DNA from: Bacilli bacterium
Lineage (GTDB): Bacteria > Bacillota_I > Bacilli_A > RF39 > UBA660
Length of the DNA stretch: 64,000 nucleotides
NCBI GenBank assembly: GCA_051872415.1
Contig: JBJEDW010000042.1
Coordinates: forward strand, 56,850 to 120,849
Direction of reading: 5' to 3'
The position numbers and the translations under genes are program-made. Below, piece by piece: positions 30,124 to 40,666 of this stretch (its first letter is position 1; every line of letters starts with the position of its first letter). The notes beneath the pieces are model-generated. The model was not told where the DNA came from. It worked only from the letters and a program-made list of their open reading frames with translations, and searched no databases.

Positions 30124-30555
30124 CTATTCAATTTCAATTTTTTTCTTATTAGATATTTCTTCTTTTTTTGGAACAACTACTTTAAGTACTCCATCAATAA
30201 AGCTAGCTTTTATAGAATCTTCATCTACATCACCAACATAAAATTGTCTTTTTGTAGAACCATAAACTCTTTCTTTTCTAATATAATTCTTATCTTCTTC
30301 GTCCTTTTCTTCATTATGAGAAGCACTTATAGTAAGATATCCCTTTTCAACATCAACATCAATTTCATCTTTATTAAATCCAGGAACATCCATTTCCACT
30401 ACATAACTATTATCTTCTTCATAAATATCACATTTCATATCTTGACCCTTTACTTTTCCAAAGTCATCAAAGAAATCATCTAATAAAAAACTTCTAGGTA
30501 CTAAACTCATTATTTTCTCCTCCTTACAATTATAATTATACTCAAGTTTTAGCAC
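30124..30555 (-). CDS. Hsp20 family small heat-shock protein
   Basis: Alpha-crystallin domain, ...DVDVEKGYLTISA...GVLKVVVPK. Confidence 0.85.
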   Translation of the reverse strand: MLKLEYNYNCKEEKIMSLVPRSFLLDDFFDDFGKVKGQDMKCDIYEEDNSYVVEMDVPGFNKDEIDVDVEKGYLTISASHNEEKDEEDKNYIRKERVYGSTKRQFYVGDVDEDSIKASFIDGVLKVVVPKKEEISNKKKIEIE

Positions 30556-30704
30556 TTGTCAAGTAAAAGTGCTAAAAAATAAAAATTTTTTTATTAAAAA
30601 CCTATCATCATAATATATACACTAATTACTATACCTATTTTTATATAAATTATACAAAAAAAATAAAGTTTCAAAAGAATTAATCACTTTCATATAACTT
30701 TATT

Positions 30705-31178
30705 TTAATATTCTAACTTTCTAACAACTGAAGTTTGATTAGTATAAGGACAAATAGCAAAACTAGAATCATCAGATAAACTCTCAAAATTATTAAGATC
30801 TCCTTTTTTATTGTTTTCCAACATTGAAATAAGCTTTTCATCTCCCTTTCTCAAAACATAAGAACTAACAATTCCATATAACATAGGAGACAAAATATAA
30901 GAAATCTTTTTTATTTCTTTACCTTCATAAGTCCTAATAATTGCATAATTAGCATCTTCTAAAAAACAAGAATTACAATCTTCGTCAGTAAAAAAGCCAT
31001 CTGTTTCAATTCTATCAACATATTTATATTTATCATTACACGATCTTTTATAACCATACTTGCCATTTACATCATCAACATAAACATCAATATTATCACA
31101 TTCACAAGCAAGTGAAAGTAATCTTTCTTCAAAGTTGTCATAATCTTTTTTCATCTTATTCTCCTCCTGAGCAAACAT
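30705..31178 (-). CDS. Hypothetical protein (157 aa, Cys-rich)
   Basis: ORF only. Confidence 0.4.
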   Translation of the reverse strand: MFAQEENKMKKDYDNFEERLLSLACECDNIDVYVDDVNGKYGYKRSCNDKYKYVDRIETDGFFTDEDCNSCFLEDANYAIIRTYEGKEIKKISYILSPMLYGIVSSYVLRKGDEKLISMLENNKKGDLNNFESLSDDSSFAICPYTNQTSVVRKLEY

Positions 31179-31204
31179 ATTATAACATAGAAAGCTTTAA
31201 AAAA

Positions 31205-32225
31205 TCAACTAGAAGGTATCTTTAACTGTTGCCCTATTGACAACAAATCACTCGTTAAATTATTATAACTCTTAAGTTCACTTACACTTATTCCATAATT
31301 ATTCGCTATCTTCCACAAACTATCTCCTGATTTTACTATATAAATTGTACTAACACCACCACTTGGTATCTTTAATTGTTGCCCTATTGATAATAAATCA
31401 CTTGTTAAGTTGTTATAACTCTTAAGTTCACTTACACTTATTCCATAATTATTTGCTATTTTCCACAAACTATCTCCTGATTTTACTACATAAACCACCC
31501 CAGTCTCTTCTTCTTTCTCACTCGGAATAAACAAAAGTTGACCTATATTCAAATTATTACTAGTAAGATTATTAGCTTTTTTTAATTCATCCACACCAAT
31601 TCCATAACTAGTGGCAATCTTCCATAAACTATCGCCTTTAACTACCACATAATAATTAGCCCCTGGCAAAGGCGCATATTTAACTCCTGTATAAATTGCT
31701 ATTGCACGTACAACAGCTTCGGCATACTTTAAATAATCTTTTTTTATCCTACTAGCATCATTACTATTATCAACATAACCAAATTCAACCATAACAGTCT
31801 CGTAATCAGGAGTATCTCTTAAAAGAACATAATAATCATTTTGTGTATTCTCTGGATCTCTAAGTTGATAATATTTATTAACAACTCCTCCAGAAGTAGT
31901 AACTTGATCTGCTATCTCTTCAGCAAAATCATCACTATTCCTAAGAGCATAAATAATTTCTAAACCCTCTTCTCCACCTTTATTCAAATGATTAGAAACT
32001 ACTATTACATTTTTATCATTGCCAAAAGCAGAAGTTATAATATTAACCCTTTCTTCATCCGAAATAGTCCTATCAGTACTTCTAGTAATAATATTTTCTA
32101 TTCCCAAATCATCAAGTCTATCTTTAATATAATTAGAAATTAAAAGAGCATAATCTTTTTCTACAATAGCATTACCTTGATTACCAGGATCACTTCCTCC
32201 ATGGCTGGTATCGGATAAACCCAGA
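31205..32225 (-). pseudogene. N-acetylmuramoyl-L-alanine amidase with 3 C-terminal LysM repeats; 5' end (about 10 codons plus promoter) missing
   Basis: Frame is open from TAG at about 32226 with no start. Reads ..SDTSHGGSDPGNQG.. (Amidase_3 zinc-binding region), then 3 LysM repeats. The first ATG (31205..32107 in the ORF track) lies well inside the catalytic domain. Confidence 0.7.
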
Positions 32226-32258
32226 AACTATATTTTTTATTATTTTATAGGTTATACT

Positions 32259-33866
32259 TTATAAATCAAGATTCCACTCTATCTTAATCTCTCTGGTATT
32301 GGTTTCTTTATTTAATGCACCAACATATATTTTTTCTATAAATTCATCCACAATTATTCTAGTTAGTTTTTTAATATGTTTATACTTTTTAAGTATGCTT
32401 TCAATGTCTTTAGAGTTTTCTTTTCTCTCTTTTGTTTCATCAAGTTGTTTTTCTATTTCTTCTAGTCTTAATTGATATGATTCAACATCCTTTGTATATT
32501 CATCTCTTAACATTGAAAAATCACTATCGGATATTACACCTTTCAACTTATCTGTATAAAGATTTTTAAAATATAATTTGCTTTCATTTATCTTCTTTTC
32601 AAGATTTGCTTTTTCCTTATTTAAATTAGTAATTAAAATATCTTGTTTATTTTCTCTTTCTAATGTTGCGTTATATTCATCTTCAAGTAATTTCTTATTA
32701 CACTTTTTTAATAATTCATTTATAGCATCAAGTACATAATTTTCAATAATATCATATCTTATTGATCTATTATTATCACAAGTATGATATTTTTTACTAC
32801 CTTTGCATTGTAGATATGCTCTTTTTTGCATAACTCCATCAGCACATTTAATATTGCATTGATTTCTCATAAAGATTCTTCCACATTCAGCACAATATAC
32901 TTTACTGCTTAATATATGTACTTTACCATCTTCTTTTGCTGGTCTATGATGATTCTTTAATCTTTTTTGAACTAAATACCATGTTTCATTATCAATGATT
33001 GCCTCATGAGCATTTTCTGTGACGCTCCATTCTGATTTAGGAACTTTTTTTGACTTATGATTTTTATAACTAATATTTGTTCTTTTACCTTGTACTAATG
33101 TACCATTATAAGTTTCATTTCGTAGCATTCTTGCTATTGTATCTGATGTCCATATTCCAGTTGTATCATAATCAAAATTGCAACATACGAAATTACTTCC
33201 AATAGATTTTTTATAAAGAGATGGACATAATATTTTTCTTTCATTTAGACTAGCACATATTCTATGATAACCAAGTCCATTTTTATATTTTTCAAATATC
33301 TCTCTAACAATGGGGGCAACATTTTCATCAATAATAAGTTTATGCTTATCATTAGGGTCTTTCATATAGCCATAAGGTGCAAAACTCCCCATAAATAAAC
33401 CATCATCTCTTTTATTTTTCAACGATTTCTTAACATTGTTAGATAAATCCTCTAAATACCACTCATTAACAAGTCCATTAATTTGTCTTGATTTCTTGTT
33501 AGCCTCATTGTTAGTATCAGCATTATCAACTATACTTACAAATCTAACTCCCCATTCAACAAACTTGTTATGTAGATATTTCTCTATTACTTCCATATCT
33601 CTTGAAAATCTACTTTGTGTTTTACATAATACAATATTTATTCTTCCATTTTCACAATCATTAATTAATCTATTAAAATCTGGTCTTTCAACTCCTGCTC
33701 CAGAATAATCATCATCTGAATAAATATCTACAATTTCCCAACCTTGATCCAAAGCATATTTTAAAAGCATACTCTTTTGATTAGTGATTGACTCACTATC
33801 ATCATTTTTATTTTTCTTATATCTATCCTCATCCGATAGTCTGCAATATACACCTACCTTTTCCAT
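32259..33866 (-). CDS. Large serine recombinase (resolvase N-terminal domain, recombinase and zinc-ribbon domains)
   Basis: MEKVGVYCRLSDEDR catalytic Ser motif. 535 aa with a Cys-rich C-terminal domain. Its stop lies 33 bp from the truncated amidase. Confidence 0.9.
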   Translation of the reverse strand: MEKVGVYCRLSDEDRYKKNKNDDSESITNQKSMLLKYALDQGWEIVDIYSDDDYSGAGVERPDFNRLINDCENGRINIVLCKTQSRFSRDMEVIEKYLHNKFVEWGVRFVSIVDNADTNNEANKKSRQINGLVNEWYLEDLSNNVKKSLKNKRDDGLFMGSFAPYGYMKDPNDKHKLIIDENVAPIVREIFEKYKNGLGYHRICASLNERKILCPSLYKKSIGSNFVCCNFDYDTTGIWTSDTIARMLRNETYNGTLVQGKRTNISYKNHKSKKVPKSEWSVTENAHEAIIDNETWYLVQKRLKNHHRPAKEDGKVHILSSKVYCAECGRIFMRNQCNIKCADGVMQKRAYLQCKGSKKYHTCDNNRSIRYDIIENYVLDAINELLKKCNKKLLEDEYNATLERENKQDILITNLNKEKANLEKKINESKLYFKNLYTDKLKGVISDSDFSMLRDEYTKDVESYQLRLEEIEKQLDETKERKENSKDIESILKKYKHIKKLTRIIVDEFIEKIYVGALNKETNTREIKIEWNLDL

Positions 33867-34674
33867 TTACTACAACACCTCAATTCCGATTAGTTGTAGC
33901 AAACATAAATCTACAAGGACATTATATATCATATTATGAATTATTTAAAACTACACTATTTTCTTCCTCTGCTAATATAACTCGTAGTAATTTTTTTGCT
34001 ATGATATCTTTTAATTTATTTTCTTCAATTTCTTTATTATCTTTTATTATATTTATTACATTATAATTTACCTCCATTTTTCTATACCCCCTTTATGATG
34101 TTCTATAAAGAATATCCTCCTATTTTAGTCATATATCAATCCTCCTTAAACTCTTTTAATAAATATTCCATATATGCCTGTTCTTCAGGACTTGCTAGAT
34201 CATCTACACAAACTTCTGGATGTTCCATCCAATATGGAATAAATTTATTATTTTTATTATAATTATTTCTTGTATATTCTTTTCTTTTATATTGGTAATT
34301 TTTTACTATGTTTTTATTCTCATTTTTTCTAACACCTTAGAATTTTCTTTACTCACAATATCTTCATTAAGATAAATTCTTCGTTATCCATTTATAAATT
34401 TAACACTTATATAATTTTTTCTTTTTAAATTATTAATTAAATTAGATATTGTTTTTTCTTTAACACTTAATGTATTAGCAAAGTAACTATTACTAGCATA
34501 GCAATACTCCTTATTATTTAATAGTGAGTTAATCACACCATAAACTAAACTTATCTATTTGGGAACAAGTTTGGTCATTTAATATTATTCTTGGTACAAC
34601 AATAAAATACCTTATAAAAGCCATGTGTTCCTTTCAAATAAATATAGTTCCAGTATCCTAACACCATATTATTA

Positions 34675-34735
34675 GTTTGAACTATAACATATTTTAAAGA
34701 ACTAATTAAAAAAATATATATGTTATAGTTCAAAC
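34675..34735. repeat. Perfect 18-20 bp inverted repeat AGTTTGAACTATAACATAT-N25-ATATGTTATAGTTCAAACT
   Basis: Read directly. Lies in a gene-poor stretch with decayed HTH-like ORF fragments. Confidence 0.6.
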
Positions 34736-35116
34736 TTGTATTCATCCTATATTTCTATAAGATAGGTTCTGATATAAGCCTATATATCTTACCGAGTCTC
34801 TTATAACTAGCGTTCATTGTTACTTTTCTAGTTAAGTGTTATTGTGTACATTCCGTTTGAGTATTCTTTATATATTAGATATTTTAATTCTTTAAACAAT
34901 AATAAGTTCAAAAACAATTGTTGGAATACACCAGATAGTTTACAATCTGAAATATTTCCAAGTGTAAAGCAAAAGAAAAAGAACTGAAGAAAAATTAATC
35001 ATTTAATTTTTCAACAACTCCTTGCTTTGTTTATTATTATTTATATAAATTATTATTTACTACAACTAGTTCTATTTACATTGGATTTATTCGTACTTTG
35101 ATGACACTATTTAATT

Positions 35117-35164
35117 CAAAAAAAGCGGCAAAAAAGCGGCAAAAAAGCGGCAAAAAAGCGGCAA
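35117..35164. repeat. Four tandem copies of an 11-bp unit (GCGGCAAAAAA), iteron-like
   Basis: AAAGCGGCAAAAAAGCGGCAAAAAAGCGGCAAAAAAGCGGCAAATG, period 11 bp, immediately 3' of gene 35168..36838. Confidence 0.8.
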
Positions 35165-35167
35165 ATG

Positions 35168-36838
35168 CTATTTTATTTTCCAGCATGAGCCACCTGATTT
35201 TGCATCATTATATATTTTTCCTTCTTTTTTTAAAACATCTAATAAATATCTAACTCTACTAACTTTATTCTTATTATCTAATGATTTAGGAAGTTTATCA
35301 TTTAATAGTGCTATTATCTCTTTTCTACTTGCCGAACCATATTCATTCAAATATTTTAGAATCATTTCCATATAAAATTCATTTTCTAAGCCAGAGTTAT
35401 ACACATATTCTTCTTTAGCTCCTGTTATCTTGGCAATATCTGATGAAATATAAATTTTAGGATATCTTCCTTCTATTAAATTATCTTTTCTTAAATAATC
35501 GCTTTGTTCTTTTGTAATTTCAAAACCTTTTTGTACCCTATCTAATAACATCACTTCATCTATATCTAAATTCGTTTTTTCAAATAATATTTTACTATAT
35601 TTTTCATCTATTATCTTTCCGTATAAAGTTACTTTAACACGATTATCTTCACTCAAATCATAATCAGGCATTGGAAAAAACTTTTTCTTTTGAATATCAT
35701 ATACTCTTCTTATCCCACTACCAACAGTATCAATCATATTTAAATTAACCATCGCATTAGCTAAAAATTGATTTCTATAATAAGGTGATGAAAAACCATC
35801 TTTTAAAACATTTTCAATTGTTTCAGGAATAAAATTTCCTTCATTAGTTATTATTAACTTATCTTTGTATTCCATAACATTTATATTGCCACGTAATTTA
35901 TAATCTTGGTGAACGATACAGTTGTTAATTAACTCACGAAGTATATAATTATCGTATTGATCTACTTCATTTGGAAATAAAGTGTTATCATTAACCATGT
36001 ATCTATATCTCAAATTTCGTATCTTCGATTTTAATTTCTCAACATTGATAATAAATGGTATACCAAAATGTTCATAATCGATAACATTAAAATCATCATA
36101 AAGTTTCCATGTCATTTTAGGTGTATAGCCATTCATTAAATAATCATCATCATTCTTTCCTAATAATAGCATACAAGCCATAGTAATTTTGTTATTTAAT
36201 GTTAATTTAACTTTATTTAAAAAATCAATATCAGATAAATTATCTATTTCATCAGATATACTTTTTCCTTTATATTTAACCTTAAATTGTTCTCTAGCCA
36301 ATTTGATTGCTTCCTTATCTAAATTATCTATTGTTGCATTTTCTATTACTTGCCTTGACCAGTCATAATTTGCTGTTGCTTTAATTTGTTCTATCTTATT
36401 TGATGTTAAAGGAGATATTGATTCACCATTTCTACCATATGGAAATCCTTTCCAATTAATTGGTGTACCAGAAGCAGCTGGAACTTGAAACATAATTACT
36501 CTATTATGATCCTTTGTAAATTCATATATTTCAATAAACCCTATGTTATCTGTTGTATTATCAGAGATTTGTTTCTTCACTTTGTTAAAATTATTATCTC
36601 TATAAAAATTGGTATTAGTTAATTCATGCGTCTTATCATCAACACCAAAAACTATCCAAGAATATTGTTTATTTTTTAAATTTGCTTCATTACCTAAAGC
36701 TGAAAAATATTTACCCAAAGTATCAATATCGAAATTGTTTTCTGCTCTTTTAAATTCTACGCATTCATCCTCTGGATTTAATAATAGCTCATCTAAAATT
36801 TTATTTAACTCCTCGTTATTTTTATACAAAGCAATCAC
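35168..36838 (-). CDS. COG2865-type putative transcriptional regulator (AlbA_2/Schlafen-like DNA-binding domain + HATPase_c_4 + C-terminal wHTH)
   Basis: N-terminal ECVEFKRAENNFD...LGKYFSALGNEA...IVFGVDDK, typical of the AlbA_2 domain. 556 aa. Confidence 0.6.
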   Translation of the reverse strand: MIALYKNNEELNKILDELLLNPEDECVEFKRAENNFDIDTLGKYFSALGNEANLKNKQYSWIVFGVDDKTHELTNTNFYRDNNFNKVKKQISDNTTDNIGFIEIYEFTKDHNRVIMFQVPAASGTPINWKGFPYGRNGESISPLTSNKIEQIKATANYDWSRQVIENATIDNLDKEAIKLAREQFKVKYKGKSISDEIDNLSDIDFLNKVKLTLNNKITMACMLLLGKNDDDYLMNGYTPKMTWKLYDDFNVIDYEHFGIPFIINVEKLKSKIRNLRYRYMVNDNTLFPNEVDQYDNYILRELINNCIVHQDYKLRGNINVMEYKDKLIITNEGNFIPETIENVLKDGFSSPYYRNQFLANAMVNLNMIDTVGSGIRRVYDIQKKKFFPMPDYDLSEDNRVKVTLYGKIIDEKYSKILFEKTNLDIDEVMLLDRVQKGFEITKEQSDYLRKDNLIEGRYPKIYISSDIAKITGAKEEYVYNSGLENEFYMEMILKYLNEYGSASRKEIIALLNDKLPKSLDNKNKVSRVRYLLDVLKKEGKIYNDAKSGGSCWKIK

Positions 36839-36868
36839 CTCTTTTTTATTTTATCATACTTTTAATAA

Positions 36869-39232
36869 TTATAGTGTCATTTGACAATTATTTTCAATAA
36901 TTTCATATCCTACTTTTTCATATGCTTTTTTTCTTTTTAAAAACATATTTCTAATCATTGAAAAATTATCATCAACATAATCATAAACTATTATTTCTTT
37001 TTTATTCTTATTTTTTCTATGTAGTCTTCCTGTATATTGTACTATTCTATTTACACTAGATATTGGCATGGTTAAGAATAATACTTCTAATGTTGAATCA
37101 TCAAAACCCTCACCAATACATGAACTTGTAGCAATTATAATTTTATTTTCATTGTTTTCTTTAATATTAGAATTTAGTTCATCATATTTTTTAAGTATTT
37201 TCTTACCTAATCCACCGCGATACACAATTATATTATTGGTTATTTTTGATAATTTTCATATAAATATTCTAAATGATCAATTCTTTCCGTTAATACTAAT
37301 ACATTTTTACCATTTTTAAACTCTTTCTCAACATCTTTTATGACCACTTCATTTCTAATAACATCTTTCGAAATTAAATCATATATTTCATTAATTTTAT
37401 AATCTGTTACATTTTTGTTAACAAAATTTAAATGAACACTTTTACTATAAACTTTCATTGATAAATTTAATTTTTTATTATATTCTTTCATATCAACTCT
37501 ATATCTAATATCACCACATTGCATTTTAATAATTGGTGTATGCCCATTTTCTTTTTCTGGAGTTGCAGATACACCATATACATATTTAGCATTCATCATA
37601 TTTAATGCTGCTTCATAGGTATAAGCAGATAAATGATGGCATTCATCTATAATTATCATTCCATAGTTTTTAACAATATCATTAAATTTACCATCATTGT
37701 AAATAGTTTTAATACTAGCTACATCAATTTTATTTGTTAAAGTGTTTTTATTATCACCAATTTGTCCCACTTCTTCAATATTTAAAAATTCTTTTATTCT
37801 TTCTTTCCATTGCTTTAATAGTGATAAATTAAATGTAACTACAAGAGTATTAACATTTCTTGCCTCAACCAGTTTACAACATATAACTGTTTTACCAAAC
37901 CCAGTGGGTGCCTCAAGTATTCCATTTTTCATACTTCAACATTTCTTCTAGTGCTATACTTTGCTCTTCTCTTAATTTACCATTGAATTTTATATTTAGT
38001 TTTTGACCTTTATTTCTCTTATCAATAATATTCATCTTTATATTATTTTGATTACATAAATCAGATAAATACTCAAGTTTACCTCTAGGAATCATCAAAT
38101 ATTTTTCATCTTCTTTGCTGCAATCTATTACCATAGGAACATTATGAACAGACATTCTCATTCTTTGTTTTCTAAAAAATTCTGGATTGGCAAAAGTTGC
38201 AAGTCTTCTGAAACAATTTTTTACAACCGCACTTAAATTTGCTTTATCTATATAAATCATATTATCTAAGATAATATCAATACTTTTAGGAAAGTCAAAA
38301 TTATTTTTTTGCTTATTTTTAATTTCTTTTTTAATTTCTACATATTCATTACTAATATCTATTGTATTTTCAGATAAAATTCTTATTACACTAAATACAT
38401 CATCATAGTTCATTTTTTTTACACTACTTAAATAACTATATTGATCATCATAAGCAATAAAGTTTCTATCCAAGAAAGCAGTGTTATTATATTTCATAGG
38501 TTCATTTTGAAATGGAAGTGCGATTAAATTACCATAACCACCTTTAGGCATAGTATCTTGATTTGGAAACATTCTATCAAAAGAATCAATTTTTAAATTA
38601 TCACGTATTTCCATTGTTTTGGATAGCAATAGACTGCCCATCTTTCTAGCTGTTAATGCTTTTATATTATTTTCAAAGAAAATCCATACATGAATACCAT
38701 GGCCTGATCTACTACGCTCAATAGAAATAGGAACATTATACTTGTCACAAACGCTTGCAAAAGCAAGCACATCTTCTTTAATATCATTTTCATTTTTTTT
38801 ATCATCAAAATCAAAAGCCAAAAAGTAACAAGATTCATCTTCTAACATAGGATAAATTCCAATAGGATTACTATTAAATAAATGATTACTAATTACTTCT
38901 TTATCTATTGGTTTATCAATCCAATAATGACAATCTCTGCATTTTTTACCCATTGTTTTATTACAAACATTTTTATTCCATTCATTAGCACATTTAGGTA
39001 TATAATATTTCTTACTTGGATCTTTTTTATCAATTGATAGATAAGGATATATACTATCTCTACCTTTAAAATAACTCATAAAAACATTAACTTTTTCGTC
39101 ATTAGTAAAATTTATTTTAGGTTGATTATCATAAGTTTTAAGTAACTTCTTTAATTCATTAATTTCATTAATCAATTTCTTCGCTTCAAGTGTTTTTTTA
39201 TTTATGGTTTCAATTATCTCATTTCTTTGCAT
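36869..39232 (-). pseudogene. PrimPol (AEP primase-polymerase) fused to SF2 helicase, broken into three ORFs by two frameshifts
   Basis: 37913..39232 has the AEP motif RSGHGIHVWIFF and Cys clusters. 37240..37932 has helicase motifs I to III (APTGFGKT, DECHH, SAT). 36869..37225 has motifs V and VI (QYTGRLHR). The ORFs overlap or abut. Confidence 0.65.
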
Positions 39233-39349
39233 ATTATGCCCCTTAAAAATAATAAAGTTACTATATTATGCAATATTTTTAATTTTTTTTAAAGATTTAA
39301 AAGGATTTTGCATATTTTTCCGGTATATATACAATAGGAGGTGATGTTT

Positions 39350-39475
39350 ATGCAAGAATTAAACAAAGCAGAAATGCTTAATATCAATGGTGGTTCATCA
39401 ATAGTTGCTTGTACATATTATGGATTAGTTAAAATCACAAGATGTATCATCAAATTCATAAGTTCTAGATTCTAG
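39350..39475 (+). CDS. Double-glycine-leader class II bacteriocin-like peptide (41 aa), unannotated
   Basis: AGGAGGTG RBS 6 nt upstream. MQELNKAEMLNINGG|SSIVACTYYGLVKITRCIIKFISSRF, with an LNKxEMxxIxGG leader. Confidence 0.6.
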   Translation: MQELNKAEMLNINGGSSIVACTYYGLVKITRCIIKFISSRF

Positions 39476-39489
39476 TAAAAATTGCAGAA

Positions 39490-40146
39490 TTAATTTTTCT
39501 GCTTTTTCATTATTGTAAAAATATATCCAATAACACTTATTGGTAATAATATATACCAATAATTACTGTAATTAAGTAAATTATTGCTCACTGCATATAA
39601 ATTATGAATCAAATGTAAAAGAATTGGATAAATTAGGTTATTTGTTTTATAAAATGAATAATTCCATATTAAACTTATTCCTAACAAAATAATAAAACCA
39701 TCAATATTATAGATATGTATTAAGGCAAAAACAGTAGATGTTAATAGTATAGAAATAAAAATATTTAACTTTTTATTTAATTTTTTATATAATCCAAATC
39801 TAAATATTATTTCTTCAAATATTGGTGCAAAAATACAAGTAGTCACAATTTCAGCAATTATTTCAAAAATATTTGAAGGAATTTGAACATCAGTCGTTGA
39901 TATTGGAATAAATGTAACTAATTGTTCTAATAATATCCTAATAATAAATGATAAAAACATGTATTTCAATAAAATATTAACACTAATTTTTCTAATATTT
40001 AAACATTCTCTTATGTCAATTTTATCTTTACTTTTTAAATCATTTATTACTGCAAGTCCAAATAAGATTACTATCACAATATAAAATAATCTAGAAAAAT
40101 AAAAATCATTTATAACTTTATCTACCATTTTATCACCTATCTTCAT
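39490..40146 (-). CDS. CPBP family intramembrane metalloprotease (CAAX/Abi, bacteriocin immunity-like)
   Basis: EEIIFRFGLY motif 1 and FALIHIYN motif 2. Convergent with the peptide gene. Confidence 0.75.
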   Translation of the reverse strand: MKIGDKMVDKVINDFYFSRLFYIVIVILFGLAVINDLKSKDKIDIRECLNIRKISVNILLKYMFLSFIIRILLEQLVTFIPISTTDVQIPSNIFEIIAEIVTTCIFAPIFEEIIFRFGLYKKLNKKLNIFISILLTSTVFALIHIYNIDGFIILLGISLIWNYSFYKTNNLIYPILLHLIHNLYAVSNNLLNYSNYWYILLPISVIGYIFTIMKKQKN

Positions 40147-40273
40147 ACTAATTATACCATTTTGATGATTATTTAAAAAGATACTTCTTAAAAAGTAATT
40201 GGTTTGCTTATATTTGTATAGATTATAATTTGTTACAACTAATTCTTTTTATACTGGGTTTAATCTCACTTGG

Positions 40274-40306
40274 GTGTCCTGCATCAATAGCAACCTTATA
40301 ATTCAT
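40274..40306 (-). other. Amidase gene 5' stub (MNYKVAIDAGH) with RBS, fused to element-end sequence
   Basis: GGTGATGTTTATGAATTATAAGGTTGCTATTGATGCAGGACAC, then unrelated sequence. About 50 bp identical to the 41027-41075 copy. Confidence 0.6.
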
Positions 40307-40666
40307 AAACATCACCAATTAATTTTATGATAGTATTAATAAATAATTGTCAAAAACTATACAAAAAAGGAGCTGTAATAAAATAATTTAATTCAATTCT
40401 TTTATAGTACATATAATTATTTTCAGCTTTTAATAATTTATTTATGACTTTTCTATTATCCAAAAAGAGAAACATCATTTTATTTTGACATTTCTCTTTA
40501 AAAGTTAATTTATTTATTTATTTTCTATTTTCTTTAATTCTGCTAACTCTATTTGAGCTATTGATTTTTTCGGAGTTGGCAAATTTTCTGGCAAAGTACC
40601 ATCTAATCTTTTAATCGTTTCTCTCACTGCTTTTCCTACTTTATGATGAGTCATATTAGCATCGTG

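Larger units (their letters stand above)
32204..40273. mobile_element. Putative ~8.1-kb serine-recombinase integrative element inserted in an amidase gene
   Basis: Amidase body on the left, amidase promoter plus first 11 codons on the right (40274-40306). Inverted CTGGGTTTA / TAAACCCAG arms 11-12 bp inside each junction. Cargo: recombinase, COG2865 regulator, PrimPol-helicase pseudogene, bacteriocin and immunity genes. Confidence 0.6.

Noticed and set aside
35117-35164. CRISPR array
   Set aside because: The 11-bp units are directly contiguous with no spacers, and no cas genes are present.
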